NCBI GenBank assembly: GCA_964016885.1
Contig: OZ024758.1
Span: forward strand, 8,432,001 to 8,496,000
Source: Eledone cirrhosa
Lineage: Eukaryota
Direction: 5' to 3'
Length of the DNA stretch: 64,000 bases
Shown: piece after piece, positions 53,379 to 64,000 of the stretch
Layout of the letters: every line of letters begins with the position of its first letter
How positions within the stretch are numbered: the stretch's first letter is position 1
Program-made: the position numbers and the translations under genes
Notes under the pieces: model-generated
Seen by the model: only the letters and a program-made list of their open reading frames with translations
The model's database searches: none
Told to the model about the DNA's origin: nothing

Positions 53379-56099
53379 TGTAAAGTGGTCATTTCAGTGC
53401 CATGATAAAAAGTATCCAGTTTACAATACAATGTGGTTGGTTTTAGGAAGGGTATCCAGCCGTAGAAACCAAGCCAAAATACAGATCCATATGAGCAACC
53501 TATGCAAGAATGGAAAATGGACATTAAACGATGATGATGATGATGATGATAATACATTAAACAATGAGTTTTTCCCTTTTTAAGACAGCAGTAGAGTGTG
53601 TTTTGAGGAAGATCTGGGTGCTATTTCTAGCAAGGTGAGTAACTGTGTAGATGCTCTCTTATTGGCTCACAGAGGACATTAGCATGCAATGTTAATAGAA
53701 GAAATTGGTTGTATTGCAGACCTATCCAACCCAAACCATGTTTCACTCAATATAAAAATTAACAATGATGACCCCTTGGTAGGGGTGAGGTTTTTAAAGT
53801 ACCAGTAATGGACATGGTGGGAACATATTTCCATCTCTCATACAAAACAGGTCCCTTGAGTTTTGTAACAGGAAAAAAATCAATACATAATTAAACAAAG
53901 TACATCTGCGAATACTTCTGTTGGACATAATTTCCAATTTCACTGTAAACAGACAGAAATTAACAAGGTTTTCTTTGCTGAAATTTAGCTCCAAATACAC
54001 AGCAAAAACCTGGGGAATAATTGCTAGAATTGCTTAGTTTTGTCCAAAATTACATCTAATGATGTCAAATATATTGTTTTTCTCTAGCCTCCTTCTTTTT
54101 CTGTGTTGTTTCTAGTGTTTTCTATCTGAACCTTTTCTCTAGCAGGATGTAAAACATTATTAATTATAATAACAGTCCCAAACATTGAAGGTTCCAGATG
54201 GTAACTCATCAAATTAAGCCAGCAATTACTTTATACATCTTCAGCTTTCTCTCTTGTATTGCTTTCTGTTTGTCTTTTGTTGTAAGTTTGCCTTTATTTG
54301 GCTTTTTAATTTTCTGCTTCATCCCTGACATAATCTTCTCAAATTGTTTGGTATTTCCAAAATATATGATGAATGGAGTGTGTTGTTTGTTTAAAATGAT
54401 AGAATTCCAACCCTTGCTAGCAGGGAAAATGGATGTTAAATGATGATGATGATGATGTTGCATACAACAACATTAGGTCAGGGAAATCTCAAGAGCCAGG
54501 TCAAATATGATGAAACCGTTACCATGGTAACCATACCAAATTGTTCCAGTATTGATTGTTACAACCCCCCCCCCCCCCCAAAAAAAAACCCCAGAGTTTT
54601 TATTTTATTTTGTTGATTTTCTGATAAAAAAGAAGTTTTCAAAATTGACAACAGCAGCGGCAGCGACCATCACCACCTTTACCTCTACCACCACCATCAC
54701 CACCACCATTACCTCCACCATCACACCACCACCACCACCACCATTACACCACCATCACACCACCACCGTTACCATCACCACCACCACAATTACCACCATC
54801 ACCATTACCACCACCACCATTATCACCACTGTTTAACGTCCATTTTTCCACACTAGTATGGGTTAGACAAGTTGTCCCATTGTGAGACAAGTCAGATCAA
54901 ATGACAGTGTCTTGCTCATACAGAAATGATTTTGGCTTGATGCCCTTCCTAATGCCAACCATATTTACAATGTGCATCATCAATAAATATTACTAGTCTT
55001 CTTGTGTCATCAATATATATTATTATCAGTTTTCCAGTATCATCAATAGATATTACCAGTCTTCCTGTACACATACAAATATCATCAACACCCTCATTAT
55101 TTAACGCCTGTCTTCCCTGTTAGTAAGGGTTGGATGGGTCTTCGCAAACCAAGTCAGTACTCAAGTAGTGCCACTGACCTCTCAGATGGACAGGGAGTCT
55201 ATATCTCACATATCATCATCATCATTCATTTCATTTTACGTCCGCTTTTCCCTGCTTGCAAAGGTGGGACGGGAACTGATTCTGGCTTGATTTCTACAGC
55301 TGGATGCCCTTCATAACACCAACCTCATTTACAGTGAGTGCTGGGTGCTTTTTTGCCGTGGCACCTCCACGACCACTTTACAGTGGAATGATAGGGACCC
55401 CAGTCCCTATCATCTCATTTCTACAGCTGAGTAAACTGGAGCAATGTGAAATAAAGTGTCTTGCTCAAGGACACAACACATCACCAGGTCTGACATATGT
55501 ACCCTACAATCTACGAAGTGCATTTTATCATGGTACCAGCACTAGGGTGGTTGTCAAGTCTTTGATACAGCTGAAGAGTCCTCCTAACCATTTAGTTGGC
55601 AGGTTTTCTACAGTTGGATGCCTCTACAATCACCAACCACTTTACAGAGTATACTGGGTGTATTTTACATGTAGATCACCCACCAACACTAGGAAAGTTG
55701 TCATGTCTTTATCACAACTGAAGAGTCCGCCTGACACTTTGTTTACTGGGTTGTCTATGTCTGGGTGCTCTTCTATCACCAACCATTTTACAGAGTGTAC
55801 TGGGAGTATTTACCTTGCACATCATCAACACTAGGATGGTTGTCATGACATAGGAATGAAATGGCTCAGTGGATAAAGTATTGAAAATGTAGTGGTGTGA
55901 TCTTATCCTCCATACAAATTCCCCGATACATTTCATTAGTTTATTTCAAGGTTTCTACCATCTCTCTCTCTCTTCTCAATCATATATTACTATTTTGTAG
56001 CACATATTACCTAACAACCACTTACATCAAAATGTCTCTCTTGCTGTGGTTTACAATCTTGAATTCAAGGACCATTGTTTCTTAATAAAGATATCTTAC

Positions 56100-56227
56100 C
56101 TTCCAGTTAACTAATTGGTTGACTAATGTTGACTTTCCTGCATTAGGGATACCAATTACCCCAAACCGAAGTATTTTAGCATCATCTGGTTGGTCTGGTT
56201 GAAGTAAAAACCGCTCTTGTTGTTGTT
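56100..56227 (-). CDS. ERAL1: ERAL1 (mitochondrial Era GTPase) internal exon, G1/P-loop
   Basis: 128 nt; pyrimidine tract+TAG acceptor, GTAAG donor; encodes xQQQERFLLQPDQPDDAKILRFGVIGIPNAGKSTLVNQLVNWK (G1 GxxxxGKS, Era-type 'PNAGKSTLxN'). Confidence 0.95.
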
Positions 56228-56946
56228 CTAAAAGTATAAAAGAAAAAATAATCTGTAAGAAATTTTTGTTTGTCTTAAATGAAACAAAACTCTTTCTGTA
56301 AGCAGGGAAAATATAGAGTTGAATGAAACCTTCCATCTCATTATATTGTTCTATGATAGATTAAAGAAAATTTAGGGTTATGCCTACAAAGAAACCTGGA
56401 AGAACCTCTCTTGGGTGGAATCTAGAAGGGGAACATAAGAAACAAGATAGATCGGCCAAGGCCTGGATGAGGTCTAAGAAGGAGGACCTAGCACTCATGG
56501 ACCTGGACTAGGAGCAGGCTCATGACAGGACTTGTGAGATCTCTCATTGCCCAAGGCTCCATAAGGAGTAAAAGGAAATACAGAAAGCAAAAAAAGTAAA
56601 GAAGTGCCAGCAGTGAACAAGGAAGTGACATATACAAAGAGTGGCTAAAAAGTTCATAGGCTGACCAATATACTCTCATGGAATGACCTAATGGGGTTTA
56701 GTTTTCAACATAGTCCCAGGAAAGAAACAATGCAGTTATTGATAAGAAGAGTTGCAATTTATGCACGTAAGATTTCACAACACTAGCATCACTCCTTCAT
56801 AGTCACTCTCTGAAGTTTTCAGCCAACCCTTGTAGATGTTGTAAAGTTACCATTATTCCTCCATTTTGCAGTCAACAAGCTAGAAGTTAATTGTCCACTG
56901 ATATTTTAAAGTAAACTATTTGACAAGCTGCTACAGAGGAAATAAT

Positions 56947-57129
56947 TGTTTCTACTTTTGGCACAAGGCCAGCAATTACCCAGTACATTACTGGTACTTT
57001 ATTTTATCGACCCCGTAAGGATGAAAGGCAAAGTTAACCGCGGCGAGATTTGAACTCAGATCATAAAGGGACGCAACTCTATGATTCAAAGCATGGCGTC
57101 CGACCCTCTACCGATACTGCCAATCCATC
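56947..57129 (-). mobile_element. Full-length tRNA-derived SINE with 17-bp TSD
   Basis: Perfect TSD gctacagaggaaataat at 56930-56946 and 57130-57146; B-box GAGTTCAAATCTC on the minus strand. Confidence 0.9.
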
Positions 57130-57849
57130 GCTACAGAGGAAATAATGTAGGATATGGTTGTAGTAAAGTTATCCAACCTATGAAATAATCAAGAAAACAG
57201 ATGTTATAATGAATATAACAATGTTATCTTGAAAGGAATGTGTTTAGAGGAAAACAAATATATTTAATTCATAACGCCACCCCTTTCTCACTTCTTCAGC
57301 CTCCTCTTCCTCATTATATTGATAAATCTTTCATCAATCACAAATATTATAATTTTAAAAAATAAAATAGAATCAAGACAATTTAGAATGCAAAAGAAAC
57401 AAAACATTATGAGATATAAAACAATATTTTAAACAACAACAACAACAACAAAAATTAAATAAAAATGAAAATAAATAATTTAAGGGGAAATAGAATTAGA
57501 ATTAATTGCAAACAAAAGAGCAAGTCATGCATTGTGGATGGTATCAGAGTGGTATTAAGATAGTATCAAGGTTGAAGATTATTGGTATTGGTTTGTATTC
57601 CAATATGTAGTGAGGAAGGAAGTTAAGAAGGTAAGAAGAGTGAACTATGTTAGATAAATACTGAGTTAGGGGAGTCAGAACAAGGAAACAATGGATTTGA
57701 TTGTTCCCCATCTCCTCCCTTTTCCTTTGAATAAACAACTGAAAGTTTAAAGGACCGTTTTCTTTGCATCTTTTATTAACATCCCCTATGGTGTTAATAA
57801 AAGATATAAGGGAGATAGACTGTGCTTTAATGCTTAGACCTTACTGATG

Positions 57850-58845
57850 CCACCCCCACTGACAACAACAAGACCACCACCACCACTGACCCACACCCCT
57901 TCCACCACCACCACAACCACCACTGACAACAACACCACCAAGACCACCATAACAAACACCACCAACACTAATAACAACACCATCACCACCAAGACCACCA
58001 CCAATAACACCAACAACACCATCAACAATAACAACACCATCACCACCACCACCAACACCATCAACACCATCAACAATAATAACACCATCACCACCAACAA
58101 CACCACCAACAGCACCATAACAAACACCACCACCACCAACACCATCACCAACACCACCAACAGCACCATAACAAACACCACCAACACCACCACCACCAAC
58201 ACCACCAACAGCACCATAACAAACACCACCAACACCACCACCACCAACACCACCAACAGCACCATAACAAACACCACCAACACCACCACCAACAACACCA
58301 CCACCAACACCATCACCACCAACACCACCACCAACAACACCATAACAAACACCACCACCACCACCATCACCATCACCAACACCACCAACAGCACCATAAC
58401 AAACACCACCAACACCACCACCAACAACACCACCACCAACACCATCACCACCAACACCACCACCAACAACACCATAACAAACACCACCACCACCACCATC
58501 ACCATCACCAACACCACCAACAGCACCATAACAAACACCACCAACAACACCACCACCAACACCATCACCACCAACACCACCACCAACAACACCATAACAA
58601 ACACCACCACCACCACCAACACCACTAACAGCACCATAACAAACACCACCAACACCACCACCAACAACACCACCACCAACACCATCACCACCAACACCAC
58701 CACCAACAACACCATAACAAACACCACCACCACCACCACCATCACCAACACCACCAACAGCACCATAACAAACACCACCAACACCACCACCAACAACACC
58801 ACCACCAACACCATCACCACCAACACCACCACTAACAATAACAAT
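57850..58845. repeat. (ACC/AAC)n tract with higher-order blocks
   Basis: Direct inspection; source of the Thr/Asn- and Val-rich ORFs. Confidence 0.95.
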
Positions 58846-59141
58846 ACTAGCATGTCTGATTTGGTGAGAGAGAGAAATTGTATAATGTGTGTAGTGTTTG
58901 TGTGTAGTGTGGGTATGTAATGTGTGTAGTGTAGTGTTTGTGTGTAGTGTGGGTATGTAATGTGTGTGTGTAGTGTTTGTGTGTAGTGTGGGTATGTAAT
59001 GTGTGTAGTGTGGGTATGTAATATGTGTGTAGTGTGGCTATGTAATGTGTGTGTGTAGTGTGTGTAGAAAGTTGTATGACCTATTCACACCACCACCAAC
59101 ACCACCAGCTCTAACACCATTACCCAACACCATATCTGATT

Positions 59142-59183
<42 letters not shown>

Positions 59184-60080
59184 TAGAATATATAGTGTGT
59201 GTGTGTAGTGTGTGTGTAGTGTTTGTAGTGTGTGTGTGTAGTGTTTGTAGTGTGTGTGTGTAGTGTTTGTAGTGTGTAATGTGTGTGTGTAGTGTTTGTA
59301 GTGTGTGTGTGTGTAGTGTTTGTAGTGTGTGATGTGTGTGTGTAGTGTTTGTAGTGTGTGTGTGTGTAGTGTTTGTAGTGTGTGTGTGTAGTGTTTGTAG
59401 TGTGTGTGTGTAGTGTTTGTAGTGTGTGTGTGTAGTGTTTGTTGTGTGTAGTGTTTGTAGTGTGTGTGTGTGTAGAAAGTTATATGACCAAACTAATCAA
59501 ATCATGTGATAACTGAAGTGACTGGAAGTCAAAACTGAATTGATTAAAGAAGTTGTAATTATAATTAATAATAATAGCAATAACAATTTGATAGATTAAA
59601 AGGAAAATTTCTCAAATAAATTCTATAGAAATTGATTCTAGTTGTTTTTGTTGATAAAATACTCAAATAAAGTCGAAAATGTCATAAAAACTTTCAATAA
59701 AAATTTAAACATTGTTATTCACAGAAAATAAAATTAAATAAAAAAAATAGACTTTCACTATATTATCATTAGCATAATCATTTTCATCATAATAATTATC
59801 ATTAGTATTATTATTGCTAGTAATAGTAGTAGTGGTGGTGGTAATAGTAGTGGAAGTAGTGGTAGTAGTAGTAGTGGTGGTGGTGGTAACAGTAGTGGAA
59901 GTAGTTGTAGTAGTGGAAGTAGTAGTAGTGATAGTGGTGGTGGTGGTAATAGTAGTGGCAGTAGTGGTAGTAGTAGTGATAGTAGTAGTAGTAGTAGTAG
60001 TAATATTTTAATCGCCATCGCAATTATTACTATCAGTAACATAATTATATTTATAGCTACATTTTTATATATGTGGGTGG

Positions 60081-60146
<66 letters not shown>

Positions 60147-60856
60147 AGCAAGCTTGATGAAAGCCCCCCCCCCCCCCCCCCGTATTAAAAATCCTCATCA
60201 TCTGATGAACTACTGAAATTGTGGAAGGAAGATAAAATATATAAAACATACAAATATAATAAATGGCAGAATTTTCAAATAATCGCAGAAAACAATCACC
60301 CCTCTCCCCCACACACGTTTTTTTTTGTCTTTGTGTTCCGAGAATATTATTAAGCTAATTCGTCTTTCAGAAGTTTTCCTATTAATGAATGGGAAGGAAT
60401 GTATATTGCATAGAACCAACCAGGTAACATCTGATAACAAACTGCAGTTTCAAGAAGTCCGTCTCCCCCATACTAATATCTAGAGTAGCAGGTTGGTGGT
60501 TGGGTTTACAGAGTTTTAGTCAGGAAACATGGATAATGTTTGTGGTAGGAATTATGGATGTGTCTTGGGATCTAGTAAAGATATTTAGTTTGTAATTAGC
60601 TTTGTTTTAAGGAGTGTATTAGTTACAAGTTTGGCATTCGATGGTCTTATCCACTGGCTGTTTTATTTATTGTGGTTTTGTTTTCAGAGAGTTCAAATCC
60701 TGTTGAGGTTAACTGTACCTTTCATTCTTACAGGGTTGGTAAAATAAAGTACCAGTAATGTACTGGGATAAAAGCTGGCCTTGTGGCAAAAGTAGAAACA
60801 ATTATTTTTTTTATTCCCAATAAGGTTGCTAGTGTATTGATAGTTACAATGTTATG

Positions 60857-61325
60857 TATGTAGAATATCATATAATTAAGGTAACCTCCTCCTATGTAGA
60901 ATATCATATAATTAAGGTAACCTCCTCCTATGTAGAATATCATATAATTAAGGTAACCTCCTCCTATGTAGACTATCATATAATTAAAGTAATATCCTCC
61001 TATGTAGAATATCATATAATTAAGGTAACCTCCTCCTATGTAGAATATCATATAATTAAGGTAACCTCCTCCTATGTAGAATATCATATAATTAAGGTAA
61101 CCTCCTCCTATGTAGAATATCATATAATTAAGGTAACCTCCTCCTATGTAGAATATCATATAATTAAGGTAACCTCCTCCTATGTAGAATATCATATAAT
61201 TAAGGTAACATCCTCCTATGTAGACTATCATATAATTAAGGTAATATCCTATGTAGACTATCATATAATTAAAGTAATATCCTCCTATGTAGACTATCAT
61301 ATAATTAAAGTAATATCCTCCTATG
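60857..61325. repeat. 36-bp minisatellite, about 13 copies
   Basis: Unit tatgtagaatatcatataattaaggtaacctcctcc. Confidence 0.95.
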
Positions 61326-61367
61326 TTGAATCAGGAACCCAATTTCCATTGTTTATTAGGTCTATAT

Positions 61368-61527
61368 CAGCAGTCCCCCAACCTTTTTACACCATAGACT
61401 GGTGTCCTGTAAAACAATTTCTCCATGGACTGAGGGGTGGTGGTGATCAGTGTTTATCATGGCCTGGTACCAAGTGGTCCATGGGTCGGTACCAAGTGGT
61501 CCATGGCCTGGTATTTGGGGACTGCTG
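61368..61527. mobile_element. hAT-type MITE
   Basis: TIR CAGCAGTCCCC / GGGGACTGCTG; perfect 8-bp TSD GTCTATAT. Confidence 0.88.
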
Positions 61528-61624
61528 GTCTATATCATTCTACTTGTATCACTCGTGCTACATGGGTGAAGCAACCGGATTGGAAGTGGTATCATGAATG
61601 GCAGGTGTAAAATCAGTCGGCTGG

Positions 61625-62070
61625 AATTGCAGGCAAGATGGTGTTACTTGACTCGACAGATGATGATCTCCGACTTGCACTCGATAGGTTTAATGCCAAG
61701 TGTTGCATGGCCGGAAGGAAAGTGAGTGCTGTGAAAACTGAGACACTCGTCCTCCCAAGAAAGCCTGCGCAGTGCACGTTACATGTAAATGGAGTTCCAC
61801 TGAAGCAGGTGGAGGAGTTCATGTATCTTGGGGGTGCCGTGTTCACGAGTGGTGGGAGGCAGGAGGCTGAATTAAGTGCAAGAATTGCAGGAGCTGGTGC
61901 AGTAATGTGCCAGCTTCAGCATACAGTAATCAGAAGACGGGAGGTAGGTGTAAAAGCCAAACTTGCTATCTTCAATTCAGTTTTCATGCCAACTCTTACC
62001 TATAATCATGAATCTTCAATAATGACTGAAAGAATATAATCACGAACACAAGTGGCCAAAATGGGTCTCC
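61625..62070 (+). mobile_element. RTE-clade LINE reverse-transcriptase C-terminal fragment
   Basis: ORF 61638-62039: ..KTETLVL...NGVPLKQVEEFMYLG..FTSGGRQEAELSARIAGA...PTLTYNHES (RT domain 6-7 'F.YLG' and the following region). Confidence 0.88.
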
Positions 62071-62098
62071 TGGTGGTTGGTTTTGCTTGTAAAATCAG

Positions 62099-62425
62099 TC
62101 CAGTAATTCTTTCCTGAGACATTCTAACCACATACCCATAGAATCGAAGCTGTGATCTCTCAATTCAGAGAAGTAGCGGCTCTACCTGGAGTGACTCTCT
62201 GATCTCTGAGCTTCAAATATCTCCAGTAATTCTTTCCTGAGACATTCTAACCACATACCCATAGAATCGAAGCTGTGATCTCTCAATCCGGAGAAATAGC
62301 GGCTCTACCTGAAGTGACTCTTTGATCTCCAAGCTATGCATTCTATCGAGTAAGGTTACTCTAAAGACCTCATTTTCACTGCTCTTATTCATGATTGTAT
62401 TCTTTCGGTCATTACCCAAGATTCA
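62099..62425 (-). mobile_element. RTE-clade LINE fragment with ~120-bp tandem duplication
   Basis: HESWVMTERI...IKESLQVEPLFLRIERSQLRFYGYVVRMSQERI; the last block occurs twice. Confidence 0.8.
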
Positions 62426-63034
62426 TGATGATGATGATGATGATGCTTATTCCAATTTATACTTTTACATTCATCACTCAATTTATCCAGTTCCATAGAA
62501 GACCAATTCTTATTTCAATTTCACCCAACATCTTTACCTATATTTATTTATTTTGATTAGTTTTCTTGTACCTTACCCTACCACACTCCACTCCACCCCA
62601 CCTCACTCTGTTCCCAACATAGATTTGCTGTCATACATTCTAGTTTGATCTGAGACAAAAGTTAGAAATTGTTTTTACAAGTTGTACCAAGCAGTGTCTA
62701 GACAAAGAGAGAAGAGGTGTAGAATTCTGTAAAATTATTTCTCTTTTACTCATTGAAGTAATTTCAAAGACATTATTTACGAGAATAAGTCACATGGACA
62801 GTTGGAATGACTGTGATATTGCAGCCATTATTTAGAGAAGGTTAGCAGACCAACACCAACACACATACAGACACACAAGGTCACACATACAGACACATAC
62901 ATGGACAACATACACTGACACACACATGTACACACATACACAGACACACACAAATATATATAAACTCTCTCTCTCTCACATACACACAGGAACACACATG
63001 TACACACAAATATATATATATATATATACATATA

Positions 63035-63093
<59 letters not shown>

Positions 63094-63132
63094 CTCTCTC
63101 TCACACATACACACAGGAACACACATGTACAC

Positions 63133-63221
<89 letters not shown>

Positions 63222-64000
63222 TCTCTCTCTCACATGCACATATATATATATATAAATTCTCTCTCTCACACATACACACAGGAACACACATGTACACACA
63301 AATATATATATATATATATATATACTGTATATATATATATATATATATATATATTCTCTCTCTCTCACACACATATATATATATATATAAACTTGCACAA
63401 ATACACACACACACACACACAGATATATAAACTGGTTTGTGTTAAACCACAGTGAATGACACAAGACTGAAGAAGTTTCTTTTGATAAATGAAGAAATAA
63501 AGAATTTGTGAATACTTTAAGAAAGAAAAAAAAACGAAAAAAAAACATTAAAATATAGTTGAAGAACATAATTAAGAGAAGTGAGTTTGGGAGGTCACAA
63601 GTTTACAGAATTGGTCGAAATTTACTGTGATGAATTATTACAAGAATACATTAGTCTGTTTTCATCTATTCCATGTTTTTCCAATCATCTAACGTTACTT
63701 TTTTGTCCAAATTGGTACACGTACGTATCCCTCTAGCCAGACAACATTTAACTCCTTTAGAAGGGAAGTAACTCAAGAACTCTGGATAATAAATGTGGAG
63801 ACTGGTTCTACTCATGCCAGTATAGAAATGTAGATATAAAATGATGAGGATTATGATATATATATATATATATATATACGTGTTAATTTCTCCTTCCACC
63901 TTTCGAGAATTTCTCCCTCTGCCTCTTGAGAATTTCTCACTTGCTACGAACACGTCAAGAAACAGTCCTTTTTTGAGAGGTCTCTTGATAAGCCCTATCA

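Noticed and set aside
57768-57805. AT-rich 14-16-bp hairpin resembling a terminator
   Set aside because: Eukaryotic context and low complexity; no supporting feature.
57834-58920. Mucin-like Thr/Asn-rich ORF (similarly the Pro/Gly/Ser/Leu-rich ORFs at 1857, 6107, 7304, 18012, 49934)
   Set aside because: Trinucleotide microsatellites with no splice or domain support.
60854-61597. 247-aa ORF with YVEYHIIKVTSS repeats (and the antisense MIFYIGGGYLNY repeat)
   Set aside because: A 36-bp minisatellite open by chance, running into a hAT MITE.
63725-63815. Candidate ERAL1 first exon (MSRTSLHIYYPEF...ARGI, phase-1 GTACGT donor)
   Set aside because: The phase fits the 56227 exon, but there is no recognisable homology, it is short for the ERAL1 N-terminus, and it is not a convincing targeting peptide; RNA evidence is needed.

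Overview
This is eukaryotic DNA, very rich in microsatellites, satellites and transposon fragments. The SINE/LINE/MITE complement looks like an octopod (Octopus-like) genome, which is an inference from repeat similarity. The only well-supported protein-coding gene is a minus-strand ERAL1 (mitochondrial Era GTPase). I reconstructed seven internal coding exons by hand (56100-56227, 46408-46485, 24891-24937, 16441-16502, 9786-9898, 6743-7120, 1503-1652). All have GT-AG sites and matching phases, and together give about 318 codons containing G1-G5 and the start of the KH domain. The first exon and the last KH exons were not found and probably lie outside the window. Almost all long ORFs in the track are artefacts of simple repeats. 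The introns hold several minisatellite arrays, tRNA-derived SINEs, RTE/CR1/Tx1-type LINE fragments and mariner/hAT/piggyBac-type MITEs. The most notable observations are: (i) minimal type-I hammerhead ribozyme motifs, with compensatory stem-II changes, in Penelope-like repeats, one of them sense to the ERAL1 pre-mRNA; (ii) a near-perfect 205-bp inverted repeat bracketing the in-frame 378-nt exon; (iii) several long perfect fold-backs; and (iv) a tandem CTCF/YY1-like motif pair. No CRISPR, rRNA or genuine tRNA gene was seen.
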